A stretch of DNA of 64,000 bases from Halotia branconii CENA392 (GTDB taxonomy: Bacteria; Cyanobacteriota; Cyanobacteriia; Cyanobacteriales; Nostocaceae): assembly GCF_029953635.1 (NCBI RefSeq), contig NZ_CP124543.1, positions 535,455 through 599,454 on the forward strand, given 5' to 3'. The position numbers and the translations under genes were made by a program. Below are positions 19,188-28,604 of this stretch, piece by piece. The notes below the pieces were generated by a model. That model did not search any database and was not told where the DNA came from. It worked only from the letters and a program-made list of their open reading frames with translations. Position 1 is the first letter of the stretch, and each line of letters begins with the position of its first letter.

Positions 19188-19961
19188 TTAGGACAATAAC
19201 CGTACAGGTAGGTGACGATCGCGTAAGTAATTCTTAATTTCTGCCACACTTAGTTGTCCGTAGTGCAGTAATGATGCTAATAGTGCAGCTTCGGCTTTGC
19301 CTTCTGTAAGTGCTGTGTAAATATGTTCACAATTGCCTGCACCACCGGAGGCAATGACTGGAACTTGTACAGATTCAGCGATCGCTCTTGTCAGCCCTAG
19401 GTCATAGCCAGCTTGAGTACCATCAGCATCCATACTGGTAACTAGCAGTTCTCCTGCTCCTCGTTTTTCTACTTCTTGTGCCCAAAGTAGGGCATCTAAG
19501 CCAGTGTTTTCTCTACCACCTCGCACATACACATCCCAGCCTGGGTTATAGGGGTCAATTCTGCGTCTGGCATCAATAGCAACAACTATGCATTGATTAC
19601 CAAAGCGATCGCTTGCCCGACTAATTAAGTCTGGTTCACGTACTGCCGCAGAATTAATACTAACTTTGTCTGCTCCAGCCCGTAATAAAACTTTAACATT
19701 TTCTAATGATTGAATACCACCACCGACAGTTAATGGAATAAAGACCTGTTCAGCAGTGCGGTAAACTACATCAATAATTGTATTGCGATCTTCATGAGTC
19801 GCTGTAATATCCAGAAATACTAACTCATCTGCACCAGCTTCGTTGTAAACCTTTGCCAATTCAACCGGATCACCCGCATCTTTAAGATCAACAAAGTTAA
19901 CTCCCTTTACAACTCGTCCCGCCTTCACATCTAAGCACGGTAAGATTCTTTTAGACAACAT
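19188..19961 (-). CDS. hisF: Imidazole glycerol phosphate synthase cyclase subunit.
   Basis: [49 protein letters not shown] and the (beta/alpha)8 glycine-rich phosphate-binding motifs are characteristic of HisF. Confidence 0.95.
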   Translation of the reverse strand: MLSKRILPCLDVKAGRVVKGVNFVDLKDAGDPVELAKVYNEAGADELVFLDITATHEDRNTIIDVVYRTAEQVFIPLTVGGGIQSLENVKVLLRAGADKVSINSAAVREPDLISRASDRFGNQCIVVAIDARRRIDPYNPGWDVYVRGGRENTGLDALLWAQEVEKRGAGELLVTSMDADGTQAGYDLGLTRAIAESVQVPVIASGGAGNCEHIYTALTEGKAEAALLASLLHYGQLSVAEIKNYLRDRHLPVRLLS

Positions 19962-20117
19962 AATAACTTTTGCACTCCTGGGTAATTGTCCGGAATTTAA
20001 ATTTTAAATTGGCGTGCGTATTCCCAAACTAAAATCTTCGCATCCCTTGTTGAATAGCAAGCATGGCGGCAGATATAGCGCTCACACAGTCCTCAAGTCA
20101 AAGTTGATAGCTGAATT

Positions 20118-21221
20118 ATGGCGATAATCTCCTCGAAAAAACAGCCTCAAGAACCCAACGGACAACCAAAGCAGCCTCAAGAGTCGGCGAAAGCGTCTCC
20201 CAAGGAAAACGTTTTGCAACCTGAAGCTGCTATTGATGAACAAGGTAAGCAAGAAGAGAGTATCCGACCACAGCGATTTGCTGATTACATTGGGCAAAAA
20301 GACCTAAAAGATGTCCTGGACATTGCCATTAAAGCAGCCAAGTCGAGAGGTGAGGTGTTGGATCACTTGCTGCTATATGGACCTCCCGGATTGGGTAAAA
20401 CGACAATGGCAATGATTTTAGCATCAGAAATGGGAGTAAATTACAAAATTACCAGTGCGCCAGCGCTAGAACGTCCAAGGGATATTGTAGGACTACTAGT
20501 GAATCTCAAACCCGGAGATATTTTATTTGTAGATGAGATTCATCGTCTTTCGCGGATGACAGAAGAAATTCTCTATCCGGCTATGGAAGATTACCGCTTA
20601 GATATCACCATTGGCAAAGGTTCCAGCGCCCGTACCAGAAGTTTACCACTATCAAAATTTACCTTAGTAGGAGCTACAACTCGTGTAGGTGCGTTGACTT
20701 CACCATTACGCGATCGCTTCGGCTTAGTACAAAAACTGCGATTTTACGAAGTTGATGAACTGAGCCAAATTGTCTCACGCAGCGCTCAATTTCTGCAAAC
20801 CCCGGTTACAGAAGATGGTGCTGTAGAAATTGCCAAGCGATCGCGGGGTACACCACGGATTGCAAATCGGTTACTCAAGCGAGTACGTGATTATGCAGAG
20901 GTAAAATCATCAGGAGAGATTACCGAAAGTATCGCAGCCGAAGCACTGCAACTATTCCAAGTAGATCCTCGTGGTTTAGATTGGACAGATCGCCAAATGT
21001 TGAATGTGATTATTGAACAATTCAACGGTGGTCCAGTGGGGTTAGAAACAATTGCTGCTGCTACAGGTGAAGATACCCAAACCATTGAAGAAGTTTACGA
21101 ACCTTACCTGATGCAAATTGGTTATTTAAGCCGGACTCCCCGTGGCCGAGTAGCGACAAAAGCAGCATATAAGCATTTGGGCTTTAAACCGCCCAATAAT
21201 GAACAGTTATCATTGCTGTAA
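20118..21221 (+). CDS. ruvB: Holliday junction branch-migration helicase RuvB, with a roughly 45-aa low-complexity N-terminal extension.
   Basis: The Walker A motif is [12 protein letters not shown]. The arginine-finger region and the winged-helix C-terminus are present. The N-terminus is [20 protein letters not shown]-rich. Confidence 0.95.
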   Translation: MAIISSKKQPQEPNGQPKQPQESAKASPKENVLQPEAAIDEQGKQEESIRPQRFADYIGQKDLKDVLDIAIKAAKSRGEVLDHLLLYGPPGLGKTTMAMILASEMGVNYKITSAPALERPRDIVGLLVNLKPGDILFVDEIHRLSRMTEEILYPAMEDYRLDITIGKGSSARTRSLPLSKFTLVGATTRVGALTSPLRDRFGLVQKLRFYEVDELSQIVSRSAQFLQTPVTEDGAVEIAKRSRGTPRIANRLLKRVRDYAEVKSSGEITESIAAEALQLFQVDPRGLDWTDRQMLNVIIEQFNGGPVGLETIAAATGEDTQTIEEVYEPYLMQIGYLSRTPRGRVATKAAYKHLGFKPPNNEQLSLL

Positions 21222-21224
21222 TTA

Positions 21225-21445
21225 AGAGCTAAGGGCTAGAGACTAGGAAGCAGGGGAGGCAGGGGAAGCAGAGGGGCAGGGAGCAGGGAGAAAAGGAGAA
21301 AGAGGTAATTTTTCTTTATCCCCCTTGCACCCCGCACCCGGTCACTGAGCGTAGCCGAAGTGCTGCCCCAATTCCTCTTCTCCATGCCTTATGCCCCATA
21401 CTTCGGCTACGCTCAGTACAAGTGTCCAATGCCCAATGCCCTTAT
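21225..21445. repeat. Composite intergenic repeat with three modules: a GCAGGGGA purine-rich module, the 38-bp CCCCCTTGCACCCCGCACCC segment, and a long inverted repeat CACTGAGCGTAGCCGAAGTG ... ACTTCGGCTACGCTCAGT. It ends in a CAATGCC heptamer pair.
   Basis: The two arms of the inverted repeat are exact reverse complements (about 18 bp) separated by about 45 nt. The modules are shared with the repeats at 12185-12375, 26760-26875 and 53384-53494. Confidence 0.7.
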
Positions 21446-21457
21446 TCATAAACCCAG

Positions 21458-22264
21458 ATGATTAAATTGATTGGTATTGTTCTCAGTCTCGTACTTGTGT
21501 TTGGCTGGAGTAGACCAGTTATGGCAGTATCTCAACAGGCTAGCGTAACTCAAGAGCAACTCCAGCAAGGAGATGAGTGGGCAGATCAAGCCTTTGCAGC
21601 CACAAATCAGGGCGACTTTGCCAAAGCTGAAGAGTATTGGACAAAGATTATTGAGCAGTTTCCTACTAATGCTGGTGCATGGAGTAATCGAGGAAATTCA
21701 CGGGTGAGTCAGAACAAGTTACAAGCCGCTTTGACAGATTACAATAAAGCCATCGAACTAGCACCTAATGTTACCGATCCTTATTTGAATAGGGGTACAG
21801 CCTTAGAAGGCTTAGGAAAATGGCAAGATGCGATCGCAGATTATAATCATGTCCTAGAGCTTGATCCTCAAGATGCAATGGCATATAACAATCGTGGTAA
21901 TGCTAAAGCAGGTTTAGGAAAATGGCAAGATGCGATCGCTGACTATCAAAAATCAACTGAAATTGCCCCAAATTTTGCCTTTGCTCGTGCCAATTATGCC
22001 CTCGCTCTTTATGAAACAGGTCAAACCGATTCAGCAATTCGCGAAATGAAAAATATAATTCGTAAATATCCCAAATTTGCTGATATGCGTGCTGCTCTCA
22101 CAGCTGCTTACTGGGTTAGTGGCAACAAAGGCGAAGCAGAAAGTAACTGGGTAGCAGCTTATGGACTGGATAGCCGTTACAAAGACATGAACTGGGTGAA
22201 AAATATTCGCCGTTGGCCTCCCAGTATGGTTGCAGCTTTAGATAAGTTCTTGAAATTACAGTAG
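21458..22264 (+). CDS. Secreted TPR-repeat protein.
   Basis: It has a signal peptide (LVFGWSRPVMA). Tandem 34-aa TPR units recur with W.NRGN...LG.WQDAIADY. Confidence 0.7.
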   Translation: MIKLIGIVLSLVLVFGWSRPVMAVSQQASVTQEQLQQGDEWADQAFAATNQGDFAKAEEYWTKIIEQFPTNAGAWSNRGNSRVSQNKLQAALTDYNKAIELAPNVTDPYLNRGTALEGLGKWQDAIADYNHVLELDPQDAMAYNNRGNAKAGLGKWQDAIADYQKSTEIAPNFAFARANYALALYETGQTDSAIREMKNIIRKYPKFADMRAALTAAYWVSGNKGEAESNWVAAYGLDSRYKDMNWVKNIRRWPPSMVAALDKFLKLQ

Positions 22265-22361
22265 ATGCACGTTTAGGTTATTTTTTCCACCCCCAACGGA
22301 GGTATTTACTATAGAAGTATTTTTGGTTTAGGTTTTTGGAACAAAACTAGATGAATTTACC

Positions 22362-23636
22362 ATGACTCATTTTGGTATTCTCAGTCCTGGTGCAGCAACA
22401 GGCCCACTCAATACCATGCTTCCTCTAGGGCAAGAACTTCAACGGCGTGGTCATCGCGTTACTCACTTTGGAACCCTCGACACTCAACCCAAAGTATTAG
22501 CAGCAGGAATAGAATTTTCGCCCATAGGAGAGCAAGATTTTCCGGCTGGCTCATCAGCAGAATCTCTTAGCAAGTTAGGACAACTGCGTGGAATAGCTGC
22601 ATTTCAATATACGATTGAATTGCTTAAACAGATATCGGCTGTAACGCTGCGGGACGCTCCAGCAGCACTGCAAGCCGCAGGTGTAGAAGCTCTGCTAGTC
22701 AACCAAAGTTCAGTGGAGGGAGGAACAATTGCCGATTTTCTGGGAATCCCTTTTGTCTCTGTTTGTAGTGCGGTGGTACTGAACCGAGAACCTAGTATTC
22801 CTCCTTTTTTTACTAGTTGGAAGTATAGTCCAGCTTGGTGGGCACGCTTACGCAACCAAGCAGGTTACACGTTACTCAATCGCATTGCTAAGCCAATTCA
22901 AGAATTAGTAGATGAGTATCGTCAAGAGTGGAAATTACCTTTATACTCTCAACCTAATGATGGTTATTCTCAGTTAGCTCAAATCAGTAATGCACCTGCT
23001 GAGTTTGAATATCCTAGGCAAGAATTACCTCCTTGGTTTCATTTCACAGGCAGTTACCATACTTCAGCCAATCGGGCATCTGTTGCTTTTCCTGATGAAA
23101 AACTTACGGATAAACCTTTAATTTATGCTTCGATGGGAACATTACAAAATCGTTTGATTTGGGTTTTTGAAACTATTGCCTCGGCTTGTGAAGAATTAGA
23201 TGCTCAGTTAGTAATTTCTCTAGGAGGTTCCGCCAAACCAGAATCACTGCCAAACTTGCCGGGAAATCCTTTAGTAGTGGAGTATGCACCTCAATTAGAA
23301 GTGCTAGAAAAAGCCACCCTGATGATTACTCATGCAGGAATGAATACCACTATGGAATGCGTGAAGAAAGGTGTGCCAATGGTGGCAATCCCAGTTGCCA
23401 ACGACCAGCCAGGAGTAGCAGCCCGTATCGCTTGGACAGGGGTGGGTGAGTTTATCCCCCTCAAGAAATTGAATGTTCCTGGGTTACGAAATGCTGTAGA
23501 GCAAGTGTTAACAAAAGAATCTTACAAACAGAATGCTCTCAGGTTACAAGCAGCTACTCACCGGGCTGGGGGGGTAAGTCGAGCCGCTGATATTATTGAG
23601 CAAGCTGTATCTACGGGTAAGCCTGTTTTGGCTTAA
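22362..23636 (+). CDS. GT1-family UDP-glycosyltransferase (MGT/UDPGT type).
   Basis: It has a GT-B fold. The C-terminal UDPGT signature is THAGMNTTMECVKKGVPMVAIPVANDQP. The N-terminal acceptor-domain pattern is G..GP..TMLPL..EL..RGH.V. Confidence 0.7.
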   Translation: MTHFGILSPGAATGPLNTMLPLGQELQRRGHRVTHFGTLDTQPKVLAAGIEFSPIGEQDFPAGSSAESLSKLGQLRGIAAFQYTIELLKQISAVTLRDAPAALQAAGVEALLVNQSSVEGGTIADFLGIPFVSVCSAVVLNREPSIPPFFTSWKYSPAWWARLRNQAGYTLLNRIAKPIQELVDEYRQEWKLPLYSQPNDGYSQLAQISNAPAEFEYPRQELPPWFHFTGSYHTSANRASVAFPDEKLTDKPLIYASMGTLQNRLIWVFETIASACEELDAQLVISLGGSAKPESLPNLPGNPLVVEYAPQLEVLEKATLMITHAGMNTTMECVKKGVPMVAIPVANDQPGVAARIAWTGVGEFIPLKKLNVPGLRNAVEQVLTKESYKQNALRLQAATHRAGGVSRAADIIEQAVSTGKPVLA

Positions 23637-23643
23637 ACACAAC

Positions 23644-25035
23644 TTAACTAAAACTAGTCTGAAGAATGGGCTGACTTTGAGGATGTCTTTTTCCTTTCAC
23701 CACCATCTTTACACCTCCTTTTGGCGAAAACAGCAAACCTTTACGTACTGGCTGCACTGGTTTATGGTCAGCTAATTCCATTTGCCAGCGAGAAAGGATT
23801 GTCACTAAAACCAGTTTCATCTCAAACAAAGCTAGTGCCATACCAATACAGCGGCGATTACCACCACCAAAAGGTATGTACTCATAAGGAGTAAATTGAC
23901 GTTCTAGAAAACGCTCTGGTTTAAACTGCTTTGGTTGAGGATATAAATCTTCTCGATGATGAGTTAAATAAATAGAAGGAATCAGCAGAGTACCGGGTTC
24001 AAACTTGTATTCTCCAATTTGTAGCGGTGATTTGACCACTCGATTTAGTGCCGATATTGCCACTGGGTAAAGGCGTAGCGTTTCAGAACAAATAGCATTC
24101 AGGTATGGTAATTGGAAAATAGCATTTGGATCGGGGTTTTCACCTAACTTATCCAGTTCTTGCAGTAGTTTCTCTCGCACCTGTGGCAGATGGTGAACCC
24201 AGTACAATGCCCATGACAAGGAGGTTGCAGTCGTCTCGTGACCTGCTACTAAAAGAGTCATCAACTCATCTCGCAACTCTAAATCTGTCATTGGCTCTCC
24301 TGCTTCATCACGAGCAGCCATCATCAAAGATAGAATATCAGTTCGAGACGGGTCAAATTGCGCTTTGCGTTCTTGAATTTCGGCGTAGATAAGTTGATCA
24401 ATTTGCTGTCGTAAACGCAGGTATTTTCCCCAGGGACTCCATGCACCTAAATCGTGCCTTAGTGATGGGAAAATAAGCAGAACTGTCCTGATAATAGGTG
24501 TTTTGGGATTCAGTATTGCAATTAAAAGTTCCTTGAGCTTTTCATAACGTGACCCGTCTTCCAAACCAAAAACAGCTTTTAAAATCACTTGGAAAGAGAT
24601 TTCTTGCATGAACGGTAGAACTGTAAAAGGTTCCCCAATCTGCCACTGACTAGTCACTTGTGTAGTAATATTACCAATTAATTGACCATAAGAAAGCATC
24701 CGTTCTCCGTGCAAAGGAGGTGTCAATAGCTTTCTTTGTCGTTGGTGGGGCTTTCCGTCTAACGCCAGCAGTGATTGCTGCCCCAATAAAGGTGATTTAA
24801 TACCTGCTGCCCCACCGGAGTCCAACTGTTTGGGAGGAGTATTAAAAATCTGCTGAATTGCCTGGGGATTGCTAACGAATACTTGAGGGGTAGAATTTTG
24901 TCCTAATTGGAGAGTAAATAAGTCTCCGTAGCGTTTGGCACAATCTTCCATGTACTCCAAGGGGCTAACTAACCATTGGAGTGTCTGAAGCCAGGGTTGA
25001 GTTTGGGGGCCTTTGGGCAGTTGCTGTACAGACAT
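23644..25035 (-). CDS. Cytochrome P450.
   Basis: The heme-binding loop is FGGGNRRCIGMALA (F..G.R.C.G). The ETLRL (K-helix ExxR) motif and the AGHETT I-helix motif are present. Confidence 0.85.
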   Translation of the reverse strand: MSVQQLPKGPQTQPWLQTLQWLVSPLEYMEDCAKRYGDLFTLQLGQNSTPQVFVSNPQAIQQIFNTPPKQLDSGGAAGIKSPLLGQQSLLALDGKPHQRQRKLLTPPLHGERMLSYGQLIGNITTQVTSQWQIGEPFTVLPFMQEISFQVILKAVFGLEDGSRYEKLKELLIAILNPKTPIIRTVLLIFPSLRHDLGAWSPWGKYLRLRQQIDQLIYAEIQERKAQFDPSRTDILSLMMAARDEAGEPMTDLELRDELMTLLVAGHETTATSLSWALYWVHHLPQVREKLLQELDKLGENPDPNAIFQLPYLNAICSETLRLYPVAISALNRVVKSPLQIGEYKFEPGTLLIPSIYLTHHREDLYPQPKQFKPERFLERQFTPYEYIPFGGGNRRCIGMALALFEMKLVLVTILSRWQMELADHKPVQPVRKGLLFSPKGGVKMVVKGKRHPQSQPILQTSFS

Positions 25036-25177
25036 TTTTATTAATCTCCCAATAATTGGAGCAAAACTAGCGTTTTATGCAACCATTGTTTGATTGATCT
25101 TAGAACATGGATGTAGGCGATCGCCTCGTCAACCAATTAAGGTAAAAGGTAAATAAACTTTACCTTTTTGTTTGGCA

Positions 25178-26635
25178 CTACTTTTGTAACCAAACTGACA
25201 CTGAACCACCCGAACAAGGAAAATTTCCCCAGCCATCATCATTCGTATAAACGATTTCTTGGATATGCTCTGTAGCATCGTAGAAAGCTGCATCGGGTCG
25301 GAACATATTCATCCACTTGCTTCCGGCTTCGCCGTTGGTCATCACTACAGCCATTGCTCCAGGATGTTCGCTATTACCCAAACGCGTCCAACCGATAGTA
25401 TTGGGGTGATCAAAGTAATCGTGTTGGTCGCCAAAACCATATTCTTTACGAGCTTTCAAATATTTTTCAATTAGGAAACGGTGAGAATATAGAGTAGCAT
25501 CGCGTCCTTTATCGTGATATTGCGCCCCGTAATAGTCTGCATAAAAAACGCAAGGATAACCTTCACGACGTAATAAGATCAGTGCATACGCTAATGGTTT
25601 AAACCAAGGTTCAACAGGCGATTCTAGCGATTGACATGGTTGAGTATCGTGATTTTCTACAAAAGTGACTGCTAAGGCTGGTTGTTCTTTGACTAAGGTT
25701 CTGTCAAAAATAGTCCGTATATCAAAACTACTACCCTGGCGACTGGCTTGGTGAAATTTGAAGTGTAGCGGCACATCAAATAAAGACATCAGCCCTTCGG
25801 TTGCAGCCAGGTAGCCATGTAAATCATCGATATTTTGAGACCAATACTCGCCACAGTTGAACAGTTTTCGTCCACTAAAATGAACTCGTAAGTGGTTGAG
25901 CCAATCGCGGAAAAATGAAGAACGGACATGTTTGACGGCATCAATACGGAAACCATCTACGTTGGTGCTGTCAATAAACCAACGTCCCCAATACATCAAT
26001 TCGCCGCGTACCAGTTCGTTACTCGAATCCAAATCATTGGCTAGTAAGTAGTCATAGTTACCGTGTTCGTAGTTAACTTCCGTCTCAAAATTTTTATCTT
26101 TGATGCGGTAGAGCTTGTCTGTATTTTGGGTATCTGCATTGTAAGACAATGAATCGAAGCACCACCAATGCCACTTCATGCTGGAGTATTTATCTCCACG
26201 CCCAGGAAAATTGAACTTGGTATAAGCACCAATTTCGTACCAGTCACTAATAGCGCGGTTGCGATCATTCCAATCCATTTCTTGGGCTAAAATGCGTTCT
26301 ATTTCATCTCCGCCGTCTTTGTGGTTAAAAACTACATCAGCATAAATTTGAAGGTCAACACCTTGGGCTGTTTTAATGGCTTTTAAATATTCTTCCCGTG
26401 TGCCGTATTTTGTCCGAACAGTACCTTTTTGATCAAACTCACCCAAATCAAACAAATCGTAAACTGCGTATCCCACATCCCATGTACCGCCACTACCTTT
26501 GTATGCTGGCGGCAGCCATAAGGCAGTAAAGCCTGCATTAGCTAGATCATTGGCTGTTTTATTCAGCTGGTTCCACAGGTTGTCCTCATTTAAGACGTAC
26601 CAATGGAAATACTGCATTATTACACCGTTGCTCAT
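25178..26635 (-). CDS. Cytoplasmic GH13 alpha-amylase.
   Basis: The N-terminus GVIMQYFHWY...FTALWLPPAYKG and the catalytic-region motifs (GFRIDAVKH, FVENHDT) resemble Bacillus and E. coli AmyA-type amylases. No signal peptide is present. Confidence 0.85.
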   Translation of the reverse strand: MSNGVIMQYFHWYVLNEDNLWNQLNKTANDLANAGFTALWLPPAYKGSGGTWDVGYAVYDLFDLGEFDQKGTVRTKYGTREEYLKAIKTAQGVDLQIYADVVFNHKDGGDEIERILAQEMDWNDRNRAISDWYEIGAYTKFNFPGRGDKYSSMKWHWWCFDSLSYNADTQNTDKLYRIKDKNFETEVNYEHGNYDYLLANDLDSSNELVRGELMYWGRWFIDSTNVDGFRIDAVKHVRSSFFRDWLNHLRVHFSGRKLFNCGEYWSQNIDDLHGYLAATEGLMSLFDVPLHFKFHQASRQGSSFDIRTIFDRTLVKEQPALAVTFVENHDTQPCQSLESPVEPWFKPLAYALILLRREGYPCVFYADYYGAQYHDKGRDATLYSHRFLIEKYLKARKEYGFGDQHDYFDHPNTIGWTRLGNSEHPGAMAVVMTNGEAGSKWMNMFRPDAAFYDATEHIQEIVYTNDDGWGNFPCSGGSVSVWLQK

Positions 26636-26759
26636 GCGATCGCCTTTTCCTGCTAAAAATATCTGGTGCTAGGGTAAGTCGTTTTGATCACACAACCAAT
26701 GTATTATCCAAATTTATTTATGTTTGAATAGCAACTTGGTAAGTAGGTAATTGGGCATG

Positions 26760-26875
26760 GGGCTAAAAGAAGCAAGGGGGCAGCACTTCGGCTTCGCGGT
26801 AGTTGAGCGCAGTCGAAACTCAGTGACCGGGTGCAGGGAGCAGAGGGAGTAAAATCAAGGGGCATTTAACATGGA
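26760..26875. repeat. Dispersed intergenic repeat (the CACTTCGGCTTCGCGGTAGTTGAGCGCAGTCGAAACTCAGTG core plus a GCAGGGAGCAGAGGGAG module).
   Basis: It is a near-identical copy of the core at 40311-40360 and is related to the copy at 53388-53490. Confidence 0.65.
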
Positions 26876-26894
26876 AAGATAATAATTCCTCACT

Positions 26895-27737
26895 CTAGCT
26901 ACTAAGCATTATTTCTTGAATTTTGACTGGATTTAGTTGCTCGACATTACTTAAAACTACTGCTGCTCCTGCTGTTAGGAGTGTTTGGGCGTATGCATCA
27001 CGGCGCTGTGCTGTTTCTTGTACATGAGGCGGTAAAACTCCCACACCAATCCAAATCCGGTGAGGATTGATTTCTCGCGCTTTGACTACTGTGTACATAT
27101 CAGCGACTGTATCGCCGACATAAACAATTACTGACAATTCATCCAGATTATTCTCTAACTGTTGCACAGTAGCAAAAAGTCCTGTAGGGTCTGGTTTACC
27201 TGGTGCATCTTCCATTGCAATCAACACTGGAGACTTCAAACCCAAACGTTTTTCTAAAACATAGTTAGCGGAAGCACGAGTTGCACCACTGAAAAATCCC
27301 CAAGCAATTCCGGCTTGTGTCAGTTGTTCTAAATAGCTGGCTTGTAACAATAAAGGTTCATTACAGATATACCCAGTGAAATTGTCGGGATCTGTACCTC
27401 GGTAACGGGACTGGAAGAAATCCACAATTGCTTTGTAGTCCAGTTGCAGTTGTTCGCGGGACTGTCCTTGTCCTGCCAAGTAGCGGTAAATTAATTCTTG
27501 GGAGGCTTCCCAATCGTTATTCCAAACACCTTCAGATTTTAATTGATCAATGTCTAGGGGTGTCGGACGATAGGCTTTATTCGTAAAATACTCTACTGTA
27601 TCTGCGATCGCTCGACGATAGGAACCGCTAACATCGCGTACAACACCATCAATATCGAAAATAACAATTGCTTTTTGAATCATGGGGCATGGGGCATTGG
27701 GCAAGGGGCATGGGAAATAGTAAAACTTGTGACCCAT
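26895..27737 (-). CDS. HAD-superfamily hydrolase. The true start is probably the internal ATG at 27682.
   Basis: The HAD motif I is VIFDIDGV, with downstream motif II/III-like segments. The first 18 codons of the tracked ORF (MGHKFYYFPCPLPNAPCP) are the translation of a GGGGCAT heptamer array. MIQKAIVIFDIDG, beginning at 27682, is the plausible N-terminus. Confidence 0.7.
   Translation of the reverse strand: MGHKFYYFPCPLPNAPCPMIQKAIVIFDIDGVVRDVSGSYRRAIADTVEYFTNKAYRPTPLDIDQLKSEGVWNNDWEASQELIYRYLAGQGQSREQLQLDYKAIVDFFQSRYRGTDPDNFTGYICNEPLLLQASYLEQLTQAGIAWGFFSGATRASANYVLEKRLGLKSPVLIAMEDAPGKPDPTGLFATVQQLENNLDELSVIVYVGDTVADMYTVVKAREINPHRIWIGVGVLPPHVQETAQRRDAYAQTLLTAGAAVVLSNVEQLNPVKIQEIMLSS
27681..27715. 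repeat. Heptamer tandem array, (ATGGGGC)n-like, five units, STRR-like.
   Basis: atggggc atggggc attgggc aaggggc atgggaa, read directly from the sequence. Confidence 0.8.
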
Positions 27738-27754
27738 TTTTTATTACTTAGTCC

Positions 27755-28120
27755 CTAATGTCTGTTGCCTATGGATTTTAGATAGGCATTGAGCTTAGGT
27801 AAAAGATCATCAAGGAGGGGTTTAAATTTGTTTATATGTTCGCTTGTTAATAGCTTTCTAGCGTAGGCTAATCTCAACCAACTGATTGTTTCATACAAAG
27901 ATCCTCTGGCAATCTTGACAAAACGTCGATTGTCTTGGTCGTTGTACCTACCTCTACCTTCAGCTATATTCGCACAAATACTATCAGCAGACCGCACAAT
28001 TTGCTTACCCAATGTATCCTTAGTGAAATTATCCCATTTCTTCACAATCTCCCAAATTTCATTAGCTAACCTTTCAGAAAGTTTATAAACTTCCAGATCC
28101 TCAAAATCAGGTCTCCCCAC
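27755..28120 (-). CDS. Four-helix-bundle protein (TIGR02436 / 23S rRNA intervening-sequence protein family; Avd-like).
   Basis: FEDLEVYKLSERLANEIWEIV...QIVRSADSICANIAEGRGRY...RRFVKIARGSLYETISWL matches the family pattern FEDLEVWQ.A..L..E.Y.......LT.Q..RAA.SI..NIAEG.GR.....F..IARGSL.E..T.L. Confidence 0.8.
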   Translation of the reverse strand: MGRPDFEDLEVYKLSERLANEIWEIVKKWDNFTKDTLGKQIVRSADSICANIAEGRGRYNDQDNRRFVKIARGSLYETISWLRLAYARKLLTSEHINKFKPLLDDLLPKLNAYLKSIGNRH

Positions 28121-28154
28121 AATATTTCCTTAAGTCAAATCACCCCATACCTCA

Positions 28155-28213
28155 TAATGCCCAACACCCAACGTCAAATACTCAATGCCCCATGCCCCAT
28201 GCCCCATGCCCTA
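28155..28213. repeat. Heptamer tandem array, (ATGCCCC)n-like, in inverted orientation relative to the array at 27681-27715.
   Basis: ...aatgccc catgccc catgccc catgccc t..., read directly. Its unit GCCCCAT is the reverse complement of ATGGGGC. Confidence 0.8.
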
Positions 28214-28294
28214 TTTCCCATTTGGTAAGTATTGCGTTAAAATAAGCGATCGCAATCTTAGTAATTAATGCCCGGATATTCCCCGGAGGTGTGA

Positions 28295-28594
28295 TTGACC
28301 AAATTTATTCTAAAAATTCTGTGGTTAGACGAAAACGTCGCCCTTGCAGTTGATCAAATTGTAGGCAAAGGCACAAGTCCTTTGACGAAGTACTTTTTCT
28401 GGCCTAGAAACGATGCTTGGGAAGAGTTAAAAAAGGAACTAGAATCCAAACACTGGATTACCGATGTAGATCGCGTCGAATTGCTTAATAAGGCAACCGA
28501 AGTGATTAATTACTGGCAAGAAGAAGGCAGAAATCGCCCAATGGCTGAAGCTCAGTTGAAGTTTCCCGAAGTTGCTTTTACAGGTAGTGCTTGA
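28295..28594 (+). CDS. ycf65: Probable 30S ribosomal protein PSRP-3 / Ycf65-like.
   Basis: [52 protein letters not shown] matches my recollection of the conserved Ycf65/PSRP-3 core ([46 protein letters not shown]). This is a recollection, not a database hit. Confidence 0.55.
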   Translation: MTKFILKILWLDENVALAVDQIVGKGTSPLTKYFFWPRNDAWEELKKELESKHWITDVDRVELLNKATEVINYWQEEGRNRPMAEAQLKFPEVAFTGSA

Positions 28595-28604
28595 TATTGC
28601 CTAA

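Noticed and set aside
26895-28120. A complete diversity-generating retroelement around the Avd-like four-helix-bundle gene.
   Set aside because: No reverse transcriptase ORF and no TR/VR near-repeat pair are visible within several kb. At most this is a remnant or a stand-alone family member.
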